A stretch of DNA of 59,314 nucleotides from Chthoniobacterales bacterium (GTDB lineage: Bacteria > Verrucomicrobiota > Verrucomicrobiia > Chthoniobacterales > UBA10450): NCBI GenBank assembly GCA_035936875.1, contig DASYVQ010000055.1, positions 1-59,314 of the forward strand, given 5' to 3'. The notes below the pieces were generated by a model. The model ran no database searches and was not told where the DNA came from. It saw only the letters and a list, made by a program, of their open reading frames with translations. Position numbers and translations under genes: made by a program. How positions within the stretch are numbered: the first letter of the stretch is position 1; every line of letters starts with the position of its first letter. This document shows, in pieces, positions 7,975 through 19,074 of the stretch.

Positions 7975-10320
7975 TCAAACGAGCTTTGACAGTGGCGGCG
8001 CGGCTTCGTGAGAGATTTCGTCGCTGATCTTGTCGATTACCGCTTTCAATTCAGCCCAGTTCACTGGTTTCGTGATGTGATACGAGAAGCCCGCTTGCAT
8101 GCTTCCATCGACATCTTCTTTCATGCCATGGCCGCTAATAGCGATTCCGCGAATCGGATACCGTTGAGCCAGGTTTCGCATGAGTTCGCGGCCGCTACCA
8201 TCCGGCAAATCCAAATCGCTAATTAGAATGTCGAATGCGCAGGCGCGATTTTGGCCCGGCGCGACCAACGCGTAGGTTTGCGCTTCCTTGATGCTTCCAG
8301 CGCAGATGACTTCGTGTCCCTCGCGTCTCAGCAGTCTGGCAAATTGTTCCGCCGTGTCGGGATGATCTTCTACAACAAGAACGCGCATTGATCGTTTCGC
8401 GACTGCATCAGACACCGCGGCTGTCGGCCGGTCTGTCTCCGCCGTCAGCACCGGTTTTGCGCAATGCAAGCGTACGGTAAACGTCGCGCCTTTGCCTTTC
8501 CCTTCACTAGCCGCGCTGATCGATCCACCATGAAGTTCGATAATCGCCCGACTGATGGCCAGCCCAAGACCGAGTCCACCAAAACCCTGACCTCGCGACC
8601 GCTCGCCTTGTTCGAAAGCGTTGAAAATCTTCGGCAAAGTTTCCGGACTGATTCCCATCCCGGTGTCCGAGACGTCAACAACGAGCTGGCACAACGGATC
8701 CTTGTCACCGTTGGGTGATATGACATTGGGCGACCGACGCTGGCGATATTCATTGTAAACGCAAACATCGATCGATCCCCCTGTCGAAGTAAACTTGCAG
8801 GCGTTTTGGAGAAGGTTCCAGAACACCTGAGTCATTCGCGAGCTGTCGACAAGAACGTGGGATTGGGCCGCCGTCATTTTCATCGAGACACGAATTTGTT
8901 TTTTCGCGGCGGCGTCGAGACAATAGTTCTGCATCGCGTGCTCGAGGAGAGAGCGAACATCGACAACCTGACGACGCAGTTCCAACATGCCGCGGACAAT
9001 CCGGGTGATGTCGAGAAGGTCGTCGATCAATCGCGCCTCTACCTCGATGTTGCGACGGATCACGGATAAGTCCTGCCGAATTTGCGGCGAAAGCGTTGCG
9101 TCGCTTTCGAGCATCGCCGCCGCGGCCAGCGCTGGCGTCAGCGGAGTGCGAAGCTCATGACTGACAATCGCAAGGAATTGATCTTTCTCTTTGTTTGCCG
9201 CTTCGGCTGCTTCTTTTGCTCGACTCAGCTCTTTCTCAATCTGCTTGCTCGCAGTGACATCCATGCTGACGCCGGTCATTCGCACGGACCGCCCGGCATC
9301 GTCGAAAAACACACGGCCTCTAGATGCCATGTAACGAATCGCGCCGTCAGGATCGATCACTCGAAAATCAATGTTCAAGTCCTGCTTGGTTTTGGCGGCA
9401 TTGCCCAACGCTTGCTTGAGTTTCGCGCGATCATCGGGGTGAACGACCGGCAAAACGGATTCAATGGTTCCATCGAATTGGTCCTTGGTCCGCGCGAAGA
9501 GCGGATACATGTAATCGTCCCAAGTGGCGCGATTAGTTAGAAGATTCCAATCCCAGGTGCCGGTTCGAGATCCTTCCAGTGCCAATCTCAACCGCTCTTC
9601 GCTCGCGGCGAGCGCCGCGTTGCTTTCGCCGATTCGCGCGAGCATTTGGTTGAACGAGTCGGTGAGGTAGCCGATCTCGTCCGCGCCGTGTTTGACGGCC
9701 CGGACCGAATAGTCGTTACGATCGGACACCGCCGTCGCTACTTTGGCCAGTTCAAGAATTGGCAAAGAAATTCTGTGTTGAAGCGCGGCGGACAATGCCA
9801 TGGCGCCAAGAAACGAACAGACGCTGACAACGAAGAGTAGAATGCCGTAGACCGTGAGGCGCCGATACATCTGGCCGAGATCGGCCTGGAGATAAATCGT
9901 CCCGAGTCGTGCACCTTCCTGGAAGATCGGCTGTACCATGACGAGCTGAAATCGGTTAAATCGATGACCGTCCGGGCCGGGCACCGGCGGTAATTGCGTT
10001 GGCGTGATCGATTCCGGAAAGCTGGCGAACAATCGGCCGTTTCGATCATAGATCGCGGCTGCAGTGATCTGGTTTTCGGCGGCGAGCGCCCTCAGAATTT
10101 CCTTGGCGTTTTCCCGGTCGTCGAAAGCAAGCGTGGCCGTACTGTTGGAGCCGATGATTTGCGCCAAGACTTCGATGTTGTTTGTAAGCGCGCTTCGAAA
10201 TGTGACTAGCTCGTAAGTGATAAGCGCAGTGCCCATCAGGAGAATGGCAAATCCGCTGGTCAGCAGAATGACCAGCATCAGTTTGCGCTTGATGGGAATG
10301 TTGCGGAGCGAGAACACCAT
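7975..10320 (-). CDS. Hybrid sensor histidine kinase with C-terminal receiver domain
   Basis: 781 aa: N-terminal TM/periplasmic sensor, HAMP-like region, PAS-like region, H-box SHELRTPL, HATPase region DTGMGI...GGLGLGLAI, then receiver MRVLVVEDHPD...ISDLDLPDGSG...KP. Confidence 0.9.
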   Translation of the reverse strand: MVFSLRNIPIKRKLMLVILLTSGFAILLMGTALITYELVTFRSALTNNIEVLAQIIGSNSTATLAFDDRENAKEILRALAAENQITAAAIYDRNGRLFASFPESITPTQLPPVPGPDGHRFNRFQLVMVQPIFQEGARLGTIYLQADLGQMYRRLTVYGILLFVVSVCSFLGAMALSAALQHRISLPILELAKVATAVSDRNDYSVRAVKHGADEIGYLTDSFNQMLARIGESNAALAASEERLRLALEGSRTGTWDWNLLTNRATWDDYMYPLFARTKDQFDGTIESVLPVVHPDDRAKLKQALGNAAKTKQDLNIDFRVIDPDGAIRYMASRGRVFFDDAGRSVRMTGVSMDVTASKQIEKELSRAKEAAEAANKEKDQFLAIVSHELRTPLTPALAAAAMLESDATLSPQIRQDLSVIRRNIEVEARLIDDLLDITRIVRGMLELRRQVVDVRSLLEHAMQNYCLDAAAKKQIRVSMKMTAAQSHVLVDSSRMTQVFWNLLQNACKFTSTGGSIDVCVYNEYRQRRSPNVISPNGDKDPLCQLVVDVSDTGMGISPETLPKIFNAFEQGERSRGQGFGGLGLGLAISRAIIELHGGSISAASEGKGKGATFTVRLHCAKPVLTAETDRPTAAVSDAVAKRSMRVLVVEDHPDTAEQFARLLRREGHEVICAGSIKEAQTYALVAPGQNRACAFDILISDLDLPDGSGRELMRNLAQRYPIRGIAISGHGMKEDVDGSMQAGFSYHITKPVNWAELKAVIDKISDEISHEAAPPLSKLV

Positions 10321-10321
10321 A

Positions 10322-10933
10322 TCAGTGCTTCACTTCGGCGACACGAAGCAGTTTTGAGCTCACTTTCAGGTTGGCAGCTCTCACTGCTTCCAGGTTAATT
10401 CGCATACGGATCTTATTTTTCTCTGTGAAAAGTTCGATCATTCCGCCCAAATCGGCAAAACCGTCGATGTCGCTGACTGTTAGCACGCTGCGGCCTTTCA
10501 AGTTCGAAACAATCTGAGCAGCTCGATCGCGCTCGGACTGACTGATGAAAAGGATATTGCAGTTACGCGGGTCGCGCCCTCGACGGAAACGCTGGGTAGT
10601 TAACGAACGATTATTTACTTTCTCGCCGCGCACTGTTTCATCCAAATAAGAGTCGAACGGGTCGTCGCCCACAATTCCGATCACAAAAGGAGTGTCCGAA
10701 GGTTGGGGTGACGGCCAACTGACGAATTGAGCGAAATTGAACAGGAACACAGCTTTGACCTGATATTCCGGTCCGCGCAATTCTTCGACGCTGAGTTTTT
10801 TCAGTTCTTCGGGCGAACGATGCGCGTAGAGATCTTGGCCTCGGGCCTCGACCGCTGTGATCAGCACCGCGACTGTCACCGCGCAAAGGCGTCGAAAGTT
10901 GAACTGCGAACTCGATAGGCCTGGAATGCGCAC
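10322..10933 (-). CDS. YfiR/DUF4154 family periplasmic protein
   Basis: 203 aa with a GTG start. FNFAQFVSWP...VIGIVGDDPF...ILFIS...LTVSD...GGMIEL...INLEA pattern. Its stop is 1 nt from the kinase start. Confidence 0.7.
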   Translation of the reverse strand: MRIPGLSSSQFNFRRLCAVTVAVLITAVEARGQDLYAHRSPEELKKLSVEELRGPEYQVKAVFLFNFAQFVSWPSPQPSDTPFVIGIVGDDPFDSYLDETVRGEKVNNRSLTTQRFRRGRDPRNCNILFISQSERDRAAQIVSNLKGRSVLTVSDIDGFADLGGMIELFTEKNKIRMRINLEAVRAANLKVSSKLLRVAEVKH

Positions 10934-11102
10934 TTTATAAGGCGCCCGATGTTAATACAGGAGCACGCCCAATTGCGAGCACATTCGAATGCGGGACGCG
11001 GCCGAAGGATTGAGCCATTCGCTTTGAAGTCGAAATCATAATACTTCCGAACTTTCCCTCACACCGCGCACAATCCCGCCACGGTATTCATATACTGCGA
11101 CT

Positions 11103-12938
11103 TTACTTTACCTTGACCGGTTTTTTTGCCTCCTCGACGAGTTTATCAAACCGCGGATCCTCCCGTAATGTGTCCCACCACGGGTGCAAACGTAACTGTC
11201 CATACGTTATGTGACCCGGCCCCTGCAAAGCAGCAGCGATTTGATTAAGCGCCAGTTCTTTCTCTCCGGTCCAGGCGTAAATGAGCGCGAGGTTTCGCAG
11301 TAATTCGGAGCCAGTCATCACGTCTTTCGTTACCGGCAATAATTCAACAGCCCGGCGACCCTCCCGTAATGCGTCTTCCTTCCTGCCAAGGGCGGCGTCG
11401 ATCATCCCGATTACAGACATCGCCTCGGCATAATCGGGCTGTTTCTGGAGCACCGTTTCCATTTCCTCACGAGCGTCGGCGAACGCATTCATCGCCGCCT
11501 CGTTGTCCCCGAACACGCGAGCGGCCAAGCCTTCGCAAAAGCTCCGCGGGGTACGGACATTGGCACCCCATGTTATTCCTTCCTGCAGCATCGAACCCAA
11601 AGCGCGTTTTGCATCGTTCGCATCGCGAGCGCAGAGGGCGATGTTAAACCATCGATCGACGATTTTTACACCGTCGGCCGGGTCGTTAGCCAGCACTTCC
11701 TGAACCGCCACTTGCCCCGGTTGAACAGTTGCGTTCGAATCCAGTTCAGCCAATCCCCTGGCGACCCGAGCAACGGCATCGTTAGGCGTGACCGCCAGCG
11801 CCCGGTCGAATGTCGCCACGAGATTATTGTAACGGCGCAGCACCTGATAGGTACCGGCTACCTGGTGAAGGATAAAAACATTACGCGGATCAAGCTCGAG
11901 AGCTCGGTTCATATTGCGCAAGTGGTCCTGCCACCGGTCCTGCCGCCGGTCGATCCAGCCGAGGGTCGCATAGACCAACGGTTCGTTAGAGAGCAGACGG
12001 CGAGCAATCGCCAGTTCGGAGCGAGCCCGGTCGTAATCGCGATAACAGTAATAGTACAACAACCCCGCAGCCAGATGCGGTTCGCCACGGTCTGGGCCAA
12101 GCCGAAGTGCGGCCTCCACCGCTTCAGTTGCCCGGGCTAATCGCAGCGGAGTGTGGTCATAGCCATTGAAATATAGTCCTTGGTGCGCAAAGCCGAGGCG
12201 ACAATAGGCCAGCAGAAATTTTGGATCTTGAGCTACGGCAAGCTCAAGTAGATGCACAGCTTGGTATCGAAGGTCTGCAGAACGCGCATCTAACGCGATA
12301 CCGTCGAGAAGAATTCCCGCGCGAATATAGCGCTCAGACGCCAGGGGCTTATCGGTGGGTTTTTCCTCAATCGTCTCTTTTTCCGCTGCCGAGAGCCTCG
12401 CCCCAAGCTCGTCTGCGACGGCTTTGGCGATTTTGCTTTCAATCGCAAACACGTCGTCGAGCGCACCGTCATAACTTTTTCGCCAAATGTGAGTGCCTGT
12501 CCTCCCATTGATCAGTTGCGCACGCACCCGGACGCGGTCGGCCGCGCGTTGAACGCTGCCCTCGATAGCATAAGCAACTCCGAGAGCGTCCGCAATCTCG
12601 CGAAGATTGCGTTTCGCCCCTGGCCTGTATTGCATCACCGAGTTGCGGCTGATCACTTTCAGGTCCGCGACCTTGGCCAAGTCGTTCCGGATTTGATCTT
12701 GAACGCCCACGGCGCGGAACGCCTCCTCTGGATCGGCGCTCAGACTTTCGAAGGGCAAAACGGCAACGCTCCTTTCTGCAACTCCTCCAACGGGCGCGTT
12801 ATTGCCAAGCCAAACCCCAAACCCAACAGCAATTACCGCAAACAGGACGCCCGCGGCTATGAAGGAGACATTAACCGTGCGTTTCACTAGAATTTCCCGC
12901 GCAGCTGCTTCCTCACTTACTTTGATCTGTCCCGGCAT
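11103..12938 (-). CDS. Membrane-anchored TolB-N-like domain plus TPR repeat protein
   Basis: 611 aa with one N-terminal TM. SVAVLPFESLSADPE...LKVISRNSV...AYAIEGSVQR resembles the TolB-like N-terminal module. It is followed by TPR-like helical repeats. Confidence 0.6.
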   Translation of the reverse strand: MPGQIKVSEEAAAREILVKRTVNVSFIAAGVLFAVIAVGFGVWLGNNAPVGGVAERSVAVLPFESLSADPEEAFRAVGVQDQIRNDLAKVADLKVISRNSVMQYRPGAKRNLREIADALGVAYAIEGSVQRAADRVRVRAQLINGRTGTHIWRKSYDGALDDVFAIESKIAKAVADELGARLSAAEKETIEEKPTDKPLASERYIRAGILLDGIALDARSADLRYQAVHLLELAVAQDPKFLLAYCRLGFAHQGLYFNGYDHTPLRLARATEAVEAALRLGPDRGEPHLAAGLLYYYCYRDYDRARSELAIARRLLSNEPLVYATLGWIDRRQDRWQDHLRNMNRALELDPRNVFILHQVAGTYQVLRRYNNLVATFDRALAVTPNDAVARVARGLAELDSNATVQPGQVAVQEVLANDPADGVKIVDRWFNIALCARDANDAKRALGSMLQEGITWGANVRTPRSFCEGLAARVFGDNEAAMNAFADAREEMETVLQKQPDYAEAMSVIGMIDAALGRKEDALREGRRAVELLPVTKDVMTGSELLRNLALIYAWTGEKELALNQIAAALQGPGHITYGQLRLHPWWDTLREDPRFDKLVEEAKKPVKVK

Positions 12939-12950
12939 AGAGCGAGGCGG

Positions 12951-13067
12951 CTACAGCGACGTCTTCGCGTAAACCTCCGCGCCCTTCTCCAGGAATTCTT
13001 TCCGTTTTTCCTGCATTGACTCGAATTCCTCCCGGCCTTCTCGCCCTCTCGGGCCTGCCCGTCCATC
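12951..13067 (-). pseudogene. Decayed copy of ThiC-tail-like mini-protein gene
   Basis: Minus strand reads ...EGREEFESMQEKRKEFLEKGAEVYAKTSL-stop and is preceded by an in-frame stop. An adjacent frame reads WDDVR, reminiscent of ITEDVR, which would suggest a frameshift. Confidence 0.5.
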
Positions 13068-13101
13068 TCACGTCGTCCCACGCCTCTCGATTCCTTGGCA
13101 G

Positions 13102-13320
13102 CTATGTTTTTGCATACACATCAGCGCCCTGGTCAACAAACTCGCGGGACTTCTCCTTTAGGCCGCGTTCGATTGCTTCTGTATCCGTTAGGCCACGTTC
13201 CGCTGCGTACTTCCGAACGTCCTCGGTGATCTTGACGAGCTTCGTCAGCCCGCGAATCTCGCCCTGCGGGTGACTTTTAATGTCATCTACCCGAGCGCTC
13301 CCGCTTAATCTCGTGTTCAT
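13102..13320 (-). CDS. Mini-protein homologous to the ThiC C-terminal tail (copy 2), directly after thiC
   Basis: MNTRLSGSARVDDIKSHPQGEIRGLTKLVKITEDVRKYAAERGLTDTEAIERGLKEKSREFVDQGADVYAKT. Alternative in-frame ATGs at 13326 and 13332; the latter overlaps the thiC stop as TGATG. About 70% identical to copy 1. Confidence 0.7.
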   Translation of the reverse strand: MNTRLSGSARVDDIKSHPQGEIRGLTKLVKITEDVRKYAAERGLTDTEAIERGLKEKSREFVDQGADVYAKT

Positions 13321-13331
13321 CGACATGCGCA

Positions 13332-15462
<2,131 letters not shown>

Positions 15463-15471
15463 TTCATAAAC

Positions 15472-15501
15472 AAAAAAGCCATGCGCGGAAAAACGCATGG
15501 C
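15472..15501 (-). terminator. Intrinsic terminator, expression platform of the TPP riboswitch
   Basis: Minus strand reads GCCAUGCG-UUUUUCCG-CGCAUGGC followed by UUUUUUG. Confidence 0.8.
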
Positions 15502-15590
15502 TGACTTCCCTTCGGCGGCATTACCCGCATCAGGTTCAAGGGGTCGTCCACCATTCGGACCTCTCAGCCATCCGGCTCCCCCGCACTTAT
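15502..15590 (-). promoter_or_regulatory. TPP (THI-box) riboswitch
   Basis: Minus strand reads GGGGAGCCGGAUGGCUGAGAGGUCCGAAUGGUGGACGACCCCUUGAACCUGAUGCGGGUAAUGCCGCCGAAGGGAAG. It contains the conserved CUGAGA, ACCC..GAACCUGAU and GGGUAAUGCC..GAAGGGA blocks. Confidence 0.9.
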
Positions 15591-15632
15591 TTCTCGCTCA
15601 AAATAAGACGCCGTGACAAAAGCGCAAGAGTT

Positions 15633-15798
15633 CTCGCACGACGGACACAACGGTCACGACGTCATTCAACCAAGGGAAATCTTTTCTTGGTGTTGAAACT
15701 CGCTTCAGCTCCCAGCTTCGCTCGCTGCTACCCGCGCAGCTTTTGCCTTCTATGTCGCGAATCCCATTCGTTCCATTCTCTGTGGACTTTGTGCGAGG
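15633..15798. repeat. CTCGCAC...GTGCGAG palindromic element, long-loop copy
   Basis: Left end is ctcgcacgacggacacaacggtcac and right end is tgtggactttgtgcgagg. Related copies are at 16318 and 18540. Confidence 0.7.
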
Positions 15799-15807
15799 CA
15801 ATTCCTA

Positions 15808-16245
15808 CTACTTCGCGGCTGCCTCCTGTTTCACGTTGGTGTGGAAAATGGCCATCCACGCGCCGTTCTCCATCTTCCAGACAGAGCCGGCGTTGTAGGT
15901 GCCGGAGCTATCCTTGCCATCATACGTGCCTTCAATCTTCACGGTGTAAGTCGTGACCATAATGTCCTTTTCGTCAGAGAAGGCAGTGTAATCGCTGATG
16001 GCAAACGATTTCATGTCCCACTTTTTCATGTCATCCATCTCCTTTTTCATGTTGGAGACGCCTTCGGCATAAACGCCGAGGAAGTCCTTATCTACCACTT
16101 TCGTGAAGTCGTCAGCTTTCTTGTCTTTGAATGCCTGCCAGGCGGCTTTTTCTTTTGACTCTATCGCGGCCTTGTCCGGCGCGGCGATGGAAACGGCGGT
16201 CGCGGCGAAGAAAGCGAGAATTGTATAGGTGATATATTTTTTCAT
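15808..16245 (-). CDS. Secreted NTF2-like (DUF4440/SnoaL-like) protein
   Basis: 145 aa with a signal peptide. AAWQAFKDKKADDF...GVYAEG...GSVWKMENGAWMAIFH pattern. Confidence 0.6.
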   Translation of the reverse strand: MKKYITYTILAFFAATAVSIAAPDKAAIESKEKAAWQAFKDKKADDFTKVVDKDFLGVYAEGVSNMKKEMDDMKKWDMKSFAISDYTAFSDEKDIMVTTYTVKIEGTYDGKDSSGTYNAGSVWKMENGAWMAIFHTNVKQEAAAK

Positions 16246-16317
16246 AAGTCCTTTCGGTTAAATCTATTCGGCCTGAGACTGAGGGGGGCCGTTGACGCGG
16301 TCAATACATAAAGGGGT

Positions 16318-16383
16318 CTCGCACTAAGGGCACAACGGCCACAGCATCAAATTACGTCGTGTCCTTAGTGGACTTTGTGCGAG
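16318..16383. repeat. CTCGCAC...GTGCGAG palindromic element, short copy
   Basis: ctcgcactaagggcacaacggccac...cgtcgtgtccttagtggactttgtgcgagg. Confidence 0.75.
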
Positions 16384-16395
16384 GAGAAGAATCGG

Positions 16396-18501
16396 ATGCA
16401 ACGTCACATTGCTGGACAAGCGCGTCGCTTTCGAGTTTCTTCTTCGATGCTTAAATTCCTGTCCGTCATCGCAATCATTTCATTGGGCGTGTTTGCCTTG
16501 CAGGGCGCGTCAGAAGCGAAGAATGAGAAAAACCCGAAGCCGATCGATCCGACGAACATGGACACGTCGGTGAAGCCGGCGGACGATTTCTTTTTTTACA
16601 CCAACGGCGGCTGGATCAAGCGCACGGAAATTCCGCCGGAATATTCGCGCTGGGGCAGTTTCAATCAGCTGATCGAACGGAACAACGATGCCCTGCACGC
16701 GATCGCAGAAAAGGCGGCGAAGACCAAAGCCGATCCAAAGACCGCGCCGGAACTGCAGAAAGTCGGCGATTACTACGCCAGCGGCATGGACGAGAAGACG
16801 ATCGACGCCATGCGCACCAAGCCGTTGCAAGACGAGTTGGGCAAGATCGACGCGATGAAAGATCGACAAGATGTGCTGAAAGAAATCGCGCACCTGCACA
16901 TGAGCGGCGTGAACGCGTTCTTCAATTTCGGCTCCGGCCAGGACGACAAGGACAGCACCCGCGAAATTTCGCAAGCCGTGCAGGGCGGGCTCGGCATGCC
17001 CGACCGCGATTACTACACGAAGACGGACGACGAATCGAAAAAACTACGCGACCAGTATGTCGAGCATGTGACCAAGATGCTGACATTGCTCGGCGAACCG
17101 GCAGCCAAAGCCGGCGACGACGCAAAGAAAATTCTCGCGCTCGAAACTTCGCTCGCGCAAGCGTCCCGCACGCGGGTGGAGCTGCGCGATCCGCAAAAGA
17201 ATTACAACAAGATGACGCCAGCGGAGCTGCAAGCGCTCACGCCGGATTGGAATTGGGCCGATTATTTCAAGGGAATCGATCTCGCGACACCGGGCGATAT
17301 CGACGTGCATCAGCCCGATTTCTTCAAGGCGGTGAACACGGCGTTTACGTCGACATCGATCGACGATTGGAAAACGTATCTGCGCTGGCATCTCATCAAC
17401 GCAAATGCCGCCGAGCTTTCGAAAGATTTCGTCAACGAAGATTTCAATTTCAAAGAGACAACGCTGCGCGGTACCAAGCAGATCAAACCCCGCTGGAAGC
17501 GCGTCGTGATTTCCACCGATGGCGAGATCGGCGAAGCGCTGGGTAAACTTTACGTGGCCGATTATTTCCCGCCGGAGGCCAAGGCGCGCGCGCTTGAGCT
17601 CATCAACAATCTGAAAGAAGCACTGAGCGATCGCATCAAGACACTCGAATGGATGGATGAGCCGACAAAGCAGGCGGCTTTGAAAAAGCTCGCCGCCTTC
17701 ACCGTAAAAATCGGCTACCCGGACAAGTGGCGCGATTATTCGACGCTGCGCATCGATCGCGGCCCGTTTGTTCTCAACGCGATCCGGGCGCAGAACTTTG
17801 AAACGAAACGCGAGTTGAACAAGATCGGCAAACCGGTCGACCGCACCGAATGGGGCATGACGCCGCCGACGGTAAACGCGTATTACAATCCAAAGATGAA
17901 CGAGATTGTTTTCCCGGCCGGAATTTTGCAGCCGCCGTTCTTTTACCCCAAAGCCGACGACGCCATCAATTACGGCGGGATCGGTGCGGTCATCGGCCAC
18001 GAAATGACCCACGGCTTTGACGACCAGGGCCGGCAATACGATGAGGTTGGAAATTTACGCGACTGGTGGTCGCCGCAGTCCGGTGAGGAATTCAAGAAAC
18101 GCTCGGGAGCGATCGTGGCGCAATACAACGAATACGAACCGCTGCCCGGTTTGCATGTGAACGGTGAGCTGACCCAGGGGGAGAACATTGCCGACATCGG
18201 CGGAGTGAAGCTCGCATACGCCGCGCTGCAAAAGGCGCTCGCTAAGGATCCTGCCGCCCGCGACAAAAAGATCGACGGCTTTACGCCCGAGCAACGTTTC
18301 TTTCTGTCCTTCGCGACAATCTGGAAACAAAAAATCCGCGACGAAGATCAAAAGCTGCGCTTGAACACCGATCCGCATTCGCCGGCGCATTACCGCGTGA
18401 ACGGACCGCTCTCGGATCTGCCCGAGTTCGCGAAAGCATTCAATGTTCCGGACGGTTCGCCCATGGTCCGCGCCGCCGGCAAGCGAGTAAACATCTGGTG
18501 A
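16396..18501 (+). CDS. M13 family zinc metallopeptidase (PepO/neprilysin-like)
   Basis: HEMTHGFD (HExxH), NAYY and ENIADIGG motifs. Start set at the ATG preceded by GAGGAG; the track ORF starts at 16375 and another candidate ATG is at 16447. Confidence 0.9.
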   Translation: MQRHIAGQARRFRVSSSMLKFLSVIAIISLGVFALQGASEAKNEKNPKPIDPTNMDTSVKPADDFFFYTNGGWIKRTEIPPEYSRWGSFNQLIERNNDALHAIAEKAAKTKADPKTAPELQKVGDYYASGMDEKTIDAMRTKPLQDELGKIDAMKDRQDVLKEIAHLHMSGVNAFFNFGSGQDDKDSTREISQAVQGGLGMPDRDYYTKTDDESKKLRDQYVEHVTKMLTLLGEPAAKAGDDAKKILALETSLAQASRTRVELRDPQKNYNKMTPAELQALTPDWNWADYFKGIDLATPGDIDVHQPDFFKAVNTAFTSTSIDDWKTYLRWHLINANAAELSKDFVNEDFNFKETTLRGTKQIKPRWKRVVISTDGEIGEALGKLYVADYFPPEAKARALELINNLKEALSDRIKTLEWMDEPTKQAALKKLAAFTVKIGYPDKWRDYSTLRIDRGPFVLNAIRAQNFETKRELNKIGKPVDRTEWGMTPPTVNAYYNPKMNEIVFPAGILQPPFFYPKADDAINYGGIGAVIGHEMTHGFDDQGRQYDEVGNLRDWWSPQSGEEFKKRSGAIVAQYNEYEPLPGLHVNGELTQGENIADIGGVKLAYAALQKALAKDPAARDKKIDGFTPEQRFFLSFATIWKQKIRDEDQKLRLNTDPHSPAHYRVNGPLSDLPEFAKAFNVPDGSPMVRAAGKRVNIW

Positions 18502-18537
18502 GTCCGGGCCGGACTGGCAATTCCGAGCCGGGCTGGC
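18502..18537. repeat. Two tandem degenerate copies of the GCCAGTCCGGCTCGGAC motif
   Basis: gtccgggccggactggc aat tccgagccgggctggc, immediately after the peptidase stop. Confidence 0.75.
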
Positions 18538-18539
18538 AA

Positions 18540-18631
18540 CTCGCACAACGATCACAACGTTCACAAAGGAAAAGTGGAATTTCGAAACAGAGTTCCACCA
18601 AACTCTGAATCGTTGTGGCCTTTGTGCGAGG
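18540..18631. repeat. CTCGCAC...GTGCGAG palindromic element between convergent genes
   Basis: ctcgcacaacgatcacaacgttcac...gtggaatttcgaaacagagttccac...cgttgtggcctttgtgcgagg. Confidence 0.75.
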
Positions 18632-18637
18632 CGGTTC

Positions 18638-18970
18638 TTACTCTTTCGCTATCTTGCCGCCCCAGGAAAGAACTTTGGCTTTTGCGCCGGCGGCTTCGGC
18701 TTCCTTAATGTTGCCGGCGCGATTGTAAAACAACGAGAGACTGGTCCAGGCGATTTGGTCGTTCGGCCGGAGCTCGGTTGCTTTTTTGCCGGCCTCGATG
18801 GCTTCCGGAAATTGGCCGACCTTCATCAGCGCCATGCCGAGCGCGTGCCAGCCGTCGAAAAACTCCGGATCCAATTCAATGCAGCGCCGATACTTTTCGA
18901 CCGCTTTTTCTAACTCGCCGATCGCCAGATCGCCACTCGCGTCATCGAAGATTTCGTCGCGCGTTTGCAT
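18638..18970 (-). CDS. Small TPR repeat protein
   Basis: 110 aa with TPR-like helices (AVEKYRRCIELDPEFFDGWHALGMALMKVGQFPEAIEAGKKATELRPND). Confidence 0.7.
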   Translation of the reverse strand: MQTRDEIFDDASGDLAIGELEKAVEKYRRCIELDPEFFDGWHALGMALMKVGQFPEAIEAGKKATELRPNDQIAWTSLSLFYNRAGNIKEAEAAGAKAKVLSWGGKIAKE

Positions 18971-18986
18971 TTATTCAGCCGGAAAA

Positions 18987-19074
18987 CCACGAATGCACGC
19001 CAATGAACACGAATGACAAACGAGCACGTTGGTCAACTGTTCCATTGTTCGTGTCTATTCGTGTCAATTTGTGG
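18987..19074. repeat. Imperfect palindrome with CACGAAT word arms
   Basis: ccacgaatgcacgccaatgaacacgaatgacaaacga ... tcgtgtctattcgtgtcaatttgtgg. The right arm overlaps the PpiD-like stop codon. Confidence 0.7.

Noticed and set aside
17044-18036. 330-aa minus-strand ORF
   Set aside because: It is antisense to the M13 peptidase gene, which has unmistakable HExxH and ENIADxGG motifs. It has shadow-frame composition.
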